A stretch of DNA of 62,420 bases, the filler included, from Nemertoderma westbladi (taxonomy: Eukaryota; Animalia; Xenacoelomorpha), in assembly GCA_032718475.1 (NCBI GenBank). It is 4 parts of 4 records of this genome, joined end to end, with 100 filler letters (N's around TTAATTAATTAA, not from the genome) between each part and the next. Parts side by side here need not be neighbours in the genome. Positions count along the whole stretch, not along the records: positions 1 to 23,242 come from JAUCBJ010003449.1; 3 more parts are not named here. The stretch is one strand, 5' to 3'. The translations under genes were made by a program, and so were the position numbers. Under the pieces are notes generated by a model. It worked only from the letters and a program-made list of their open reading frames with translations. It ran no database searches and had not been told where the DNA came from. The first letter of the stretch is position 1. Each line of letters opens with the position of its first letter. Shown here piece after piece: positions 1-12,472 of this stretch.

Positions 1-139
1 CAGATAATACCAAAACAGTGGGGTCCCCAATGCGACAGGTTGAACTGACCACCATGGCAGAAGTTAAAGAGCACCGAATGCTTACAAGAAAGACTGGCGA
101 GGTCTGATTAATGATACAGGAGCATTAGATAAAACTGAG

Positions 140-315
140 TAAATCACCAACCACATCATCCGTTGCCACTTGTCATGTTCTGGTAGAGGTGGTTTTGAAT
201 TTCCGATTGTGTGCTATTCCCCACTAGTGTTGCCCCAGTAGAAGAAATAGAAAAGTTCTACCAGAATCTACAAGCAGCTACTAATGGAGTGGATTATCAT
301 TCATTTTTATCTTTC
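140..315 (+). mobile_element. Degenerate RTE-clade LINE endonuclease fragment
   Basis: Reads IVCYSPTSVAPVEEIEKFYQNLQAATNGVDYHSF, typical of an APE endonuclease; a related copy lies at ~1600-1960. Confidence 0.55.
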
Positions 316-319
316 CTAC

Positions 320-870
320 TTCTACTATAATCGGCCTGCTGCATTGAAACTGTACATTGAGATGCTATGCGAGTAACAAAAATATTATGAAACCACCATG
401 CAATCCACAATAGGCATGGCAAGCCAAATGTAGAGTCCAGAATTCTATGCCGGCTTCTCAACAAAGTTAAACTGCCACATCTCCATATTGTGTATTGTCC
501 TGACTTTCGTGAGATTATCTGCATCTTCAAGGCCAGTGTCCTTTAGGAAGCTTCTCATGAAAGTCATGGGCTGTCCACCATGCTTAATTTCTCCATGGGG
601 CTGCCAAAGCGCAAGATTGTGTGCACAGGCTGGTACTCACAGTGAAAACAATGTCCTACAAAGCGGAGGCAGCAGCTTTGTTCTAGTGTCAAGCTTGGGG
701 AAACCAATGAGACACTTTCAATGTTATATAGTGTCTGGTTGGAGATGTGTGCAGTGCATTGCACTTGACACAGTAAACCAGACGTATCATTCTTGTGAAT
801 GTGCCATCCAGAGATCTGGAGTCCTCAGCAGTCCAGCATGGACTCACCTTGTCATGTTGGGGAACCGTCT
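320..870 (-). mobile_element. RTE LINE 3' fragment (3'-UTR type B)
   Basis: Reverse complement matches the RTE ORF end at 61000-61400 (AHISNQTLYNI...SLTLEQ); its 3' UTR matches 32000-32110. Confidence 0.8.
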
Positions 871-899
871 GTGAGGGTGTTAAACTGAGGTGAGTCTAG

Positions 900-1500
900 T
901 AACTAGCCTAAAATTCACCAATGGCCTGGTTGGACGGGGTGGAACATGAGAGTAGCCTCCAACTCCAGAATTCCTCTCCCCTTCTCAATCTGGCCTCCAT
1001 GGTGACACATTTTTTGCCAGAAAGGTCATCAGGAAAGGGACTCACAGAATTGTTTGCCATTCTCTCTCCAGTAGGGGGTGAGACAGGCAGCCAATCAGGA
1101 GATAATTGATGCCTGCGAGGCCAGTTGTGTACAGTAATTCCACTGGCATCTCTAGTGGCCGGACCTCTGCATTATTAATGTAATCCATAGTCGGCGTTGG
1201 GGTGCTTTTTTGCTGAGTCAGCTCTCGGGGCAAATACCACACCATGGTTTGCCATTCCACAGGGTGCGTGTCACTCAAACTGGACATCAGAACACTCTAC
1301 TGCTGACCAGCCATTGGTATATCACCAACTGTCTGGTCAGGCCATATACCCCTGCAGCCAAGTATATTGGTCCTTAATCCAGGACCAGAGGCGTTCCTAT
1401 CCCAGAATGAAGGGGGTCCTAGTTACAGGACCAGACTAAGAGGGTCTATGCAGCCACATGTGGCACCTCCTTTATTTTGCATGGAGCTGGCAAGTTTTCT
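900..1500 (-). mobile_element. Probable retroelement 5' region (RTE-like)
   Basis: GC-richer block; the minus strand carries GGAATGGCAAACCA...GTATTTGCC, which resembles RTE/BovB-type leader sequences. Recognised by eye only. Confidence 0.3.
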
Positions 1501-1599
1501 TGATCAATGACCTAATTGATCAATTGATTGATCAAATTAATTGATTGATTGATTGATCAAATCAGTTTTCTTGATCAATGACCAATACCTGACCTGACT

Positions 1600-1960
1600 A
1601 ACCACATCATTGCTATTCACCTAAGTGCCCCAGTAAAGGTGGTGGAAAATTTCTACCAGAATCTACAAGCAGCTACTAATTGAGTGGATTGGCATTCATT
1701 CTTATCTTACCTGAGTGACTAATGCAAGTCTACATCGGTCCTCAACATCGCCATGGGTATACAGCGATAGTGTTAACCGAAATTCAATCCATTTTCAGGT
1801 TTTAATATCTGGAATAATGGTTTGTAGACTAAAATGAAATGGACTGGGACACAGTTCAAGAAGAGCCTTGGAAAGTAGTGGACTCATACTATACCCAATA
1901 GTCTTAAGTCCAAGATAGTCCATATTCTGCTCTCCGCTAGCAGACGACACTATCTGACTT
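1600..1960 (+). mobile_element. Degenerate RTE endonuclease fragment
   Basis: Shares ttctaccagaatctacaagcagctactaat with 256-286; disrupted by stops and indels. Confidence 0.5.
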
Positions 1961-2280
1961 TTAGTAAAAAAAATAGGTTTACTTGTAATTTTTCTTATAT
2001 TCTTATCAAAAGAGTTCTAAATTAACAGTCCTTGTACTGCAAATGAATGCGATTGGTCATATACTTTGAGACGAATTAGTGGTAGTCAATTGAATAACTA
2101 TGAGGTCCAACAATAAATATATTATTTAATAAATATTCAAAATTAACAATAAATAATAAATATTATTATTAAAATATATTCAAAAATTTAATCACAGATA
2201 TTTTTGTGCAATTTTGGAAGATTAGTTTTGAAAACAGCAAAATACCGCAAATTAAACAATCAACATAGCTTACAAATCAC

Positions 2281-3586
2281 CTAGCCAACGCGACATCTAA
2301 AAGCAAACACAGCCACCAAAGAGAAAATGAAAGGCAACCCCAACAAACTGAGAAGCGAAGAAGCTGCTTGCATTCCAAAGTAGTCGTTGAGAAAGCCACC
2401 AAAAATTGGGCCAATAATTATTCCAATTGAATGAGATATTCGTAACATTTGTTGGATAAGAGATCTTGTGTCAACATTGTCTGGATAGCCACAAACGTTC
2501 ACAGCCAGTCGCGCTTGCGTTTCTACTGCAGGGGTCATGAAAAATCCTGTACCAAATCCAAATAGTGCAAATCCAGTGATAGAGACGGTAAGATTATGAG
2601 GTAAACCTAGAAGTTCTGTGGGTCCTATTAGTTGCATTGCTGATGCTACTACCATTATACCGAATACGGTTGGTAAGATAGTCTTCAATTTCTTCATCAT
2701 TAAACTTATTAATATACCTGTGAAGGAATTGACACTAGGAAATATCATATAAATACGACCAATATTGTACTGGTTCACATTGTATGTGTGATAAATGAAG
2801 GCAGCATAGTTTGTAACTGTAAATGATGCAAGTATTGCCCAATACATGTGCGAAATAAATATAAGCGTTATTGCTGGATTCTTCAGAAGTCGAAGGTAAG
2901 TAGGTCTGACTTCTTGAGATTCACATCTGTCATGAATGTATGCTGGTGACTCTATCCAGCAGTAAAAGACGATAACCATAAACATTAAACCTGATATTAT
3001 AAATGGAAATTCAAAACCCAAAGCAGCAAAAACTGTGGATCCAAAAACCGCTGCTACCAAGTTTCCCAGCCCGCCACTAATAATTGCCACACTGGCTAAT
3101 AAAGTTCTTTGTGTCGGCCATAATTCCATCAATAGACCAAATGAATACATATAACTGATGTTGAGTCCAACAGCTTCGATGATACGAAGTGAAAAACAAG
3201 CAAATATATATAATCCATTTCTATTATTAGGAATATATTCCACAAACCCAAATGCTAACTGGGAAACAGCCCCAATAATACCGAATAGGCCCAAAGAGAT
3301 ATGAGTTCCCCAGTTGTTGATAGAATGAGGACAAGTGATGTATATTACAAGTCTTACAGCAGCAAACATAGACAGTAATGCACCAATCAAAGTCTTTGAC
3401 CAATCTCGTTCTTCAACAACAATTGGGAAGAAGGTCTCTAATAGATTATGACACCAACCTGGTGTCATTTGATACACCAACAACATGGCGACTAACAGGT
3501 AGTCTCCAGCCTTTTTGATGGCCAGTATTATTTGCAATATTTTTATTCATTGAACTTGAAGTTATGGGAGCCGCTTCGTCTGTCAT
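2281..3586 (-). pseudogene. MFS transporter (SLC18B1-like), copy 1, with 5' frameshift
   Basis: Multi-TM MFS protein. The ATG at 3586 (MTDEAAPITSS) aligns with the copy-2 start. A 2-nt deletion near 3501 (ggagactacc vs ggagactttacc) shifts the frame; the rest (418-codon ORF) is open. Confidence 0.75.
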
Positions 3587-6518
3587 CTCTTCTATGTTCA
3601 ATTCAATCCAGTTTAAGAATAGGCAAGATTAACAAAACAAAAATGTTATGGGCACCTCACCTAACACATTGATTCAGTTATAGATAAGGATGGATGTACA
3701 TATAATATATGGATAGACATATATGGCAGTATAAAGTGCGTGGTAGATACTGTAGATAGCAGTGGTAAGTAAGTGCCACAGTGGTAAGTGAATTATTTTC
3801 ATATGTAGCCTTCAAATTGCCAACAAACCGTCCAACATTCAGACCGAGAGACAGATAACGATATAAACAGCGGTTCCATTAAGATAGAAGCTCGCTTACT
3901 TGCTTTTGCTTAAACTTTCTTTGATGCTCACCCTATAGTCGTTTTGTAATTGAAAATACCGTAAACATAATATTTAATTACTACTCGTACCTCGTTTAAA
4001 TGTGGTTGTTGTGCAAGGACATCAGTTGGCTTGAGACTAACAAGCTTTGGAAAACTGATATGTTATGATAACTTGTAGATTTTTTGTTAGAACAAGCTGA
4101 CATGCAGTTGTGGGTACCAGTAGTGCCCATTTCTTGCCAGTAAAATAGATAAGTTCAATTAATCAATTATATTAATCATTTAAAATGACATTTACAGTTC
4201 TAGTAAGTAACATGGTTAAAAATGCACATATAGCATATTTTACAAATTGTTATTGCAAGCTCATAATGAGGCACAGTGTCTGTTCCTATCTTTTTGCAAT
4301 CTGATTGCTGTTGACTGCAGTCCTATCCAAGAAGTAACTAATACAAAGTGTTCGAAAGGTGTTGATGATTGCTATAAGGTCTGTATGAAGTCGATTTGTA
4401 ATGATCTCGCTTACTATAGGAGTGACTATGATTTATGGTTTTAGAACTGTCAGACAGTATTTTTCAATAGAATTTGCTTGATCAAGACGTGTAAGGAGAA
4501 TCAAGGTTCTACAATGGTGACTTAGGACATTGCATTTTAGAATGAACCGTCTTTATAGAATAAATAAATATAAAATAAATTTCAATTCAGCTATCAATTT
4601 GTTAATAAACTATCTACTAAGTACTCTTAAGCAAAGTAGATCTTATACTTAATAATAACGTTATTTACCATAAAATGTATACAGTAGTATTATCATATTA
4701 TGTGATCTCATATTTATTAATAATATGAGATCACTCATATTGAATGTTGTTCACAATGTTGTTTTACATAAAATATATACAATACAGTAGTATTACCATA
4801 TTATTATGGGATCTCATATTTATTAATAATGTTGTTTTCCATATGGTCTATCTTATGGTTTGGAATCAGTAATGAGATAAATCAAAGGGTTCAATTACAA
4901 TATAGCATTTGGTAGAGAACAGGAACAGCCATATGCCATGAATAATTTTAAAGATACAATTTATTCCATAAACTTATTGGTACAAAAGGATAATAATTGT
5001 ACAAATGATATATTTCTTCTAACATAGTTCCTTCTACATTCTATACCTTTTACATTATATAGTATACAGCAAAGTAATAAAAATAAATAAACTAGCTTTG
5101 TTATTAACAAAATAATAAGAAGTAATTCACTACCTGATCTATTATTCAAAAATGCCCACATCACAGGTACTTTCCGCCATTAGTATCTTTGACAACATTA
5201 TTCTCGAATATATCTGGATTGGATCCGACCGTTTCCTCCTCGCAACTGTTGGAGTTTGCTAGCTCCTCCTTCTCAGTATGGCTTACCCAGTATGAAAGGA
5301 TTACAACTCTCCATGACACTTATAACTCCTATAGAATAATATGCAACGAAGGTGCGGTGACCATTCTACTAGAATCACTAGAAAGGCCAATGTGTCATTT
5401 TTGACACAAATCCGACTTTGACCGTGCCCCACACATGTAATCGTGAGGGTCTACATTTTCCGAAGTCTTACTACTTTATAAAGTTCTATAAGCTCATGGA
5501 GTTAAATTTTTTTACACCAATCCCTTCTATGAAAATTTTAAGAAGTTACTAGAAAGGCCAGATTTGTTTCCGGTTTGAATCAGGTTTGATTCCAGAAGGA
5601 CAAATTATGTCCAATTAAATTGCACAAATAAATACAAACTTTCACGCAATACCATTTTATACTCTAACTATTTTACAACTAAATGTTTTACATTTCATTT
5701 GATATTTCATTATTTGGATGACTCTAATATTTTCAATATTTTATAATAAAGGGAAGTAGCACGACACCCCAGAGTGCCGAATATTGAACTAAGAGGTGGA
5801 GTTACTGGTAGTCTATCAAATGCGAACGTGCTTCGGCAGTCAGGGGGCATGAATAGAATATATGACTATCTTTCTGTGGTGAACCACATGAGCAGTCTGT
5901 GTTCTCTCGGTATTCTTGACCAGCGACCAATCTCCATCAGCAATCTGTGTGAGCTTAGTCTTGTCCTTGTGTAAGCCACCCGAATGGCCCATAAACTGAA
6001 AGTAGAACTGGACGTTGGAGCCCAGTTGACTAATGAGTATGTGCATGTGACAATGCATCAATTCAAAATGAACCACACCTGTCACACTTGCTTACCTGTC
6101 CAATGTCTGAAAGCCTTCAATATAACTACACATCTCTAGATTTTTCGAGCTCTGTTAAAATGTTTCAGGATAAGGATTTAAAGAACCTATGCAGTTATAT
6201 TTCAGATATTGTGAGGCTATTCGAGTGAAATATTAATAGTATTTTATTCTTAGTATACATTGCTTATATTAATTGTTTTGAATATATTTTGAATTTAATA
6301 ATAGGCTGGACGGACCAATCAACCGTTCCACTACTACTACTTGATTTCGAAATTAAATATTCATATATATTAGGACTTTGGAATAGACTATGCTTTGCCA
6401 TGTCCTTTCAAACTTACTTATTTAAAACTGATTTGTCAGGTGTCTGCAACATATCTGTTTTGTCAATTATGTATATTTTATGCTGGGCGCTATCCGTGCA
6501 CTGAAAAGAACATAGGAG

Positions 6519-7833
6519 ATGACAGACGAAGCAACTCCCATAACTTCAAGTTTAACGATTAAAAGTCAGGAAAATATATCTGGCCATCGAAAGGGCTGGA
6601 GACTTTACCTGTTAGTCGCCATGTTGTTGGTGTATCAAATCATACCAGGTTGGTGTCATAATCTATTAGAGACCTTCTTCCCAATTGTTGTTGAAGAACG
6701 ATATTGGTCAAAGACTTTGATTGGTGCATTACTGTCTATGTTTGCTGCTGTTAGACTTATAATATACATCACTTGTCCTCATTCTATAAACAACTGGGGA
6801 ACTCGTATTTCTTTGGGCCTATTCGGTATTATTGGGGCTGTTTCCCAGTTAGCATTTGGGTTTGTAGAATATATTCCTAATCATAAAAATGGATCATATA
6901 TATTTGCTTGTTTTACACTGCGTATCATCGAAGCTGTTGGACTAAACATCAGTTATATGTATTCATTTGGTCTATTGATGGAATTGTGGCCGACACAAAG
7001 AACTTTATTAGCCAGTGTGGCAATTATTGTTGCCGGAATGGTAAACATGGTTGCGCCTGTTTTTGGTTCTACCGTTTTTGCTGATTTGGGTTTTAAATTC
7101 CCATTTATAATATCGGGTTTAATGTTCCTTGTTATTGTCTTTTACTGCTGGATAGAGTCACCAGCATACATTCGTGACAGATGTGAATCTCAAGAAGCCA
7201 GACCAACTTATCTTGGGGTTCTGAAGAATCCAGCAATAACGCTTATATTTATTTCGCATACGTATTGGGCAATACTTGCATCATTTACAGTTACAAACTA
7301 TGCTGCCTTCATTTATCACACATACAATGTGAACCAGTATAATATGATATTTATATGATATTTATATGATATTTCCTAGTCTTCAATCCTCCATAGGTTT
7401 AATAATAAGTTTATTGATGAAGAAATTGAAGACTATCTTACCAACCGTATTTGGTATAATGGTAGTAGCATTAGCAATGCAACTAATAGGACCCACAGAA
7501 CTTCTAGGTTTACCTCATGATCTTACCGTCTCTATCACCGGATGTGTACTCTTTGGATTTGGTACAGGATTATACCTGACCCCTGCACTGGAAACGCAAA
7601 CGCAACTGGCTGTGAATGTTTGTGGCTACCCAGACAATGTCGATACAAGATCTCTTCTCCAACAAATGTTGCGAATGTCGCATTCAATTGGAATAATTAT
7701 AGGTACCATTTTTGGTGGCTTTCTCAACGACTACTTTGGATTGCAAGCAGCTTCTTCACTTCTCAGTTTGTTGGGGTTGCCTTTCATTTTCTCTTTGGTG
7801 GCTGTGTTTGCTTTTAGATGTCGCATTGGCTAG
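6519..7833 (+). pseudogene. MFS transporter (SLC18B1-like), copy 2, with internal frameshift
   Basis: Highly similar to copy 1. Split into 279-aa and 155-aa ORFs by an 11-bp ATATGATATTT triplication at ~7342-7374 (net +7 nt vs copy 1). Confidence 0.8.
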
Positions 7834-8586
7834 GTGAATTGTAAGCTATGTTAATTGGTGGTATTTGGCTATTTGAATACTAATATTATTTATCATTTCT
7901 ATTTAGATATTTCTAAAAAAATTATATTTAATATTCTGGCATTTAAGTATGCAGAGACAAAACTAACACAACAATTAACACAGGATTAAACTCTATGGGA
8001 AAAATTAAATGTCTGGCAATTTCTTTGCAAAGGCATTCCAGCGACGCTACTAAACCAGATTATAACGCAGTTCCTGGTACCTTTCATATTTAATAATGTT
8101 TTACATTGTCTTTGTTTCCTGTATGTTAAATTAAATAAAATTATGCTTATTCACCATCACCATTATATTATGTATTATGTTTTATATTATGTTTCAGCAG
8201 TGTATATTGGACAATAATAATGGCTCAACGTGAGCATATGTTGTGGTATAATTGAATTGTTCTTCCATTTAATTAGTGCCACTGGAAAGAAAAAAAAGAA
8301 AGAACAAGGCAACATTTTTTTTTGAAGTGTCTGATACTGTGTTGAGTACAGTGTACTGAGGCAACTGGAAGAATTTTGCATTGATCAGTGATCGTACTAT
8401 TCAGGATTGTAAGAGTTTTTTTAATTTACAGTTACTAGGGTTACCATAATATTGAATAATCTAGAGGATTATTTATTTTACTGTCACATTCAGTGGAATG
8501 AGTCCAACCTCTTTTGACAGTAATAGTAGAAGCGCTTTCCAGTGATGGATTCGATATAAAACAACACAAAGGCAAAATTGCGAAAC

Positions 8587-8841
8587 CTAGACCCGCCAAG
8601 AGCGCCGTCCTCTGTGGAGACACAGGGAGCTAGACCAGAGAAGGGCGATTCGAAGGCGCCGTCTCACACCAACCTGGACACTTGCGAATCCCCTCTCGTT
8701 CATGCTTTCACGTTTAGCCACCAAGACCACGGCAATGTGGTGTATCAAGATCTGGGCCTCTTGGCACCAGACACCATCGGTTGTTCCTACGAGGGGGGAG
8801 AAAGTCATCCCCTTTTCCTCACATACTGTATACAGCGACAC
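8587..8841 (-). mobile_element. CRE-clade retrotransposon 3' fragment
   Basis: TFSPLVGTTDG...VRRRLRIALL...LCL resembles the C-terminus of the element at 17.2-17.5 kb (TFTPLIFSEYGG...IRRELSFALL...MCLRG). Confidence 0.6.
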
Positions 8842-8985
8842 CGTTCATCCAGTAGAGATTCGGTGGTGGTGTTTTCTAACCAAAACAATTAACTATTAAT
8901 TATTTCACGTCTGGTCAATTTGCGCTGAGGATCACTATTTTCATTTGCGCTCAATGTGCGCCACTATCCGATTATGTGATATAAT

Positions 8986-9357
8986 ACTACTGTACTACTA
9001 CAAGGATCGGTATGCTGCATTGCAGCTGCATTGTTAAGATTGCTGTGCCGGCTTGCGGACAAAATTGCGCCACCACAACTCCCTATCACTCATGACATTT
9101 GCTAGATCATCCGCATCTTCAAGGCCAGTGTCCTTTAAGATGCATCTCAAGAAAGTCATGGGCTGTCCACCATGCTTATTCACTCCAAGAGGCTGCCAAA
9201 GCTCAAGATTATGCACTGGCTGGTCCTCACGGCGAATACAAGCAAGCAAACAGTCGGCCGAAGCTGGAGGCGACCTGAAGGCTCCTTTTTGATAGCTGCT
9301 ACCCGAGGGTAGGGGTGGGCGCTACTCCTATCCCGGCGAAAACAATGTCCTGCAAAT
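8986..9357 (-). mobile_element. RTE LINE 3' fragment (type A, (TAG)n tail) with nested SINE piece
   Basis: Matches 61200-61470; interrupted at ~9241-9345 by a foreign segment flanked by cggcgaa(t/a)acaa. Confidence 0.8.
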
Positions 9358-11049
9358 GTATTAGGATAGTATTATGATGATTTATGATTATTATTCATTA
9401 TGACATTATTTATATGATGTATTAGGCCTAGGAACAGGCCAGAATATGTAGTGAATAGAAATTATGGTCTCTAAAAAAAACTCATTGGGCAAGTGACTTA
9501 TTCTGTAAGTCGAATATTGGGCAAGTGAACTATTGGTAAAGCGACCTACTTTCGGTTAAAAATGAAATATATTGGACAAGTGACCTAAAATATATTTGTT
9601 TTAATGGGTAAGTGACATATTGGGGAAGTGTCCTATGGGGCAAGTGACTGCATCCTTATAATATTACGCTACAATGTTTAATGTCAAAATTGTTAAAATA
9701 GATAAATTGACCATTATTGGGGGAGTATATAACGTTTCCCAGTTGATGAGCCACGTTACCCTACAACAAGTACCTTACAACCTTTACATCTTTATTATGT
9801 GGCACAAGTACCAGTATTTGTCGGTCCCCCGTGCGGGATGGTAGAGATATTCTATGACATTTTCCGGCCAACGGAAACTAGGAAACTGAATGATTGGGTG
9901 TTTCAAATGTTTACTTTAAATTTCAAAGTCGCAAACATGCAATTATTACATACGCAAACAAGTAATTATTAATTGTTATCCTATATATAGGATAATCTGA
10001 CACTAGGCCACGTATTAAACTAGTATGTACAGTACGTTACCTATAAACTAAGTATTCTTAGCAAATCCATATTATAATAATTTATTAATATAACAAAAAA
10101 CAATACAAAAAACAATTTTTTTGTACAAAACGCATACATTAATATATTCCATAACTAAGTGGAGCGGGCTGTGAATCCTGGCTGTAAGATAATTTCTAAA
10201 TTAAAATTAATTCATGGTAATGATTTTACAAGTAAGTAAAAGTTTCCTATTCAATCTAAATGTTGAATTGAAGTGTTAAATCATGGGAAAGATGACGGAC
10301 AGACGGCATGGAAGTTAATTTCAGCATGCGTGTTGTTATTCATCTACAGTAAGTCTATAGTAGCTATATGCTATTTTTGCTTTGCTTTTTTTAGCAAGCT
10401 ATACTGCAGAACTGTAATTGTGTGTGAAGCAAAATTCGCTGCCATAGGAACAAAATTCGCAGTCATAGGAACAAAGCTCGCTATAGATTTGCGAGACAGG
10501 CAGACTAATTAAATTTAATAGGTACAAAATTCGCAAAAATAGGAATAAAGTTCGCTGTGAATTGGAACAAAATTCGCATTTTCACATTTTAGGAACAAAG
10601 TTCGCGCTCCCTATAGACAACCCTACGCAGCATGGTCTATCGCTACGCTAAAGGCAATTGGCTGTTGGTAAAATTATATTAATAATATTAAATCTAATTC
10701 GATTAATTTGTCAATTTATATAAGGAAAGGTCTGCCTGCAGCTGCTAAGAGGTAGTATCAACACTTTAAGCTTAAAGCAGTGAACGTAAATGTAGAGAAC
10801 TTCCACGCTGTTCTCACTAAATTACCAGATTGTATTTTCACCCAGAATGCCTATTCTATTGCTGTTACCATAGAGGGTTGCGCGTGTCTATACCCAAAAA
10901 TTAATACACTATTGTGGATACTGTATTACTCTATTCGTCCCATTAATCAAACGCAATAACATGGGTACGCAAGTACGCTACTCCAGACGCAATTTTATCC
11001 AAAATGCCATGCGATTGTATTTTTAACTGGATCCTTCTTCGAATAGGTA

Positions 11050-11292
11050 AAAATATAGATATAGATATTATATAGATAATGGTCGAGCGAAAGAAAGGTA
11101 CAGTACGAATATAAAATAATTGATTACCTAGAGAAGTCCACAGCGGTTCAATAACACCGTTCTCATTCTTGAGTTCTCTCTTCTAGTTCCGCACGAATAA
11201 CTTCCCCAGTGTCATGCCGATAAGCTGCTACTAGAGCCCAATGATTGAATGCAGTGGGCCCCCTGGATATCGCTCATCCGATGTATCAACCG
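11050..11292 (-). pseudogene. Partial duplicate of exon 1 and splice donor of the LRAT/PPPDE-like gene
   Basis: Aligns with 21322-21552, with several indels. Confidence 0.8.
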
Positions 11293-11412
11293 AGGGGTGC
11301 CGAGATAATTTGTAAATCTTCAGATTTACTTACTGTAAGAAAATCGTGTCTGACTGTCTGTTTGTCACACGAAAGGCTCCGAAAGGCTCCGAAACTATCC
11401 GGTCAACTGGTT

Positions 11413-11458
11413 AGCGCTACTGTTGAGGCCTGATAAGCTGAAACGTACGTATAGCGCT
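11413..11458 (+). ncRNA. Type I hammerhead ribozyme-like motif (core variant CUGUUGA)
   Basis: AGCGCTA-CTGTTGA-GGCCTGATAAGCT-GAAAC-GTAC-GTA-TAGCGCT: stem I, core, stem II and a palindromic minimal stem III. Confidence 0.65.
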
Positions 11459-11758
11459 GGTTCAACCCCCAGTGACGCGCTTTCTCATTTTCTCCATTTC
11501 TAAACAAAAAACAATAATATTACATCTTTAATTACAGTTGCATAACAGCTCAACTCCAATTAATTTATTAATATCACAACCTGACAGCATTACTCGAGCT
11601 GAATATTTATTTATTTGTATTTCCTCCTGTTTCAATCTCACATACTTGAGGCCGGTAGGTCCGCTGTTAGAGATAGGATATGTAACTTAAGACTGCCTGT
11701 TCAAATGAAGTGGATTAGGTGTGAGGGTGAATGTCAGGGGCAAGTGGCTGAACTGGTT

Positions 11759-11810
11759 AGCGCTACTGATGAGGCCTGATAGGCTGAACCTGAAACGTAC
11801 GTATAGCGCT
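11759..11810 (+). ncRNA. Type I hammerhead ribozyme-like motif (intact CUGAUGA, 6-nt insertion before GAAA)
   Basis: AGCGCTA-CTGATGA-GGCCT gat AGGCT-[GAACCT]-GAAAC-GTAC-GTA-TAGCGCT. Confidence 0.7.
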
Positions 11811-11867
11811 GGTTCAACCCCGGCGACACACGTTCTCATTTTTTCCATTTCTGAACAAATTTAATAC

Positions 11868-12162
11868 ATGTTTACTAGAAACACAGTAACTACACAATCT
11901 GGCATCTACTTGGTTTTAATTGGTGAATAATTAGGCTGTACTATGTTTGTTGATCCCAAAACCCAGTAAATGTTTACTAGAAACCCAGTAACTACACAAT
12001 CTGGCATCTACTTGGTTTTGATGTGGTGAATAATTAGGCTGTCCATGTTTGTTGATCCCAAAACCTAGTAAATGTTTACTAGAAACCCAGTAACTAACTA
12101 CACAATCTGGCATCTACTTGGTTTTGATGTGGTGAATAATTAGGCTTTACCATGTTTGTTGA
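11868..12162. repeat. ~102-bp tandem repeat, ~3 copies
   Basis: atgtttactagaaac...ctacacaatctggcatctacttgg starts at 11868, 11970 and 12072. Confidence 0.85.
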
Positions 12163-12229
12163 AGATACTGGGTTTTGAAAGTTAATAAAGTGACAGTGAA
12201 ATAGTCAATCTTAAATTTGAATGGGAGAA

Positions 12230-12472
12230 TCTTTTAAACTCGTTAAGCCAAGGAATGCCTGTTTGTGATCTTCCACAGTAAACCCTTCCACTCTGTTCCC
12301 CAAGTTGCCTTGGTTCCCATTTATCGACCACTGAAGGATGAAAGCCGGGGTTGGGCTAGGCTACAGCATTTAAAGCACTGTGCCCAAACAGTGCTGCCCC
12401 ATCTATGGATCGACACAGGGCACACTAATTGGAAACCTAGGAATGTCACCACTAGACCAAGCTGCTGCTTCT
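12230..12472 (-). mobile_element. tRNA-derived SINE remnant (Nin-like domain)
   Basis: Minus strand has an A-box-like TGGTCTAGTGG, a degenerate B-box, and ctttcatccttcagtggtcgataaatg, which resembles the Nin domain. Confidence 0.55.
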
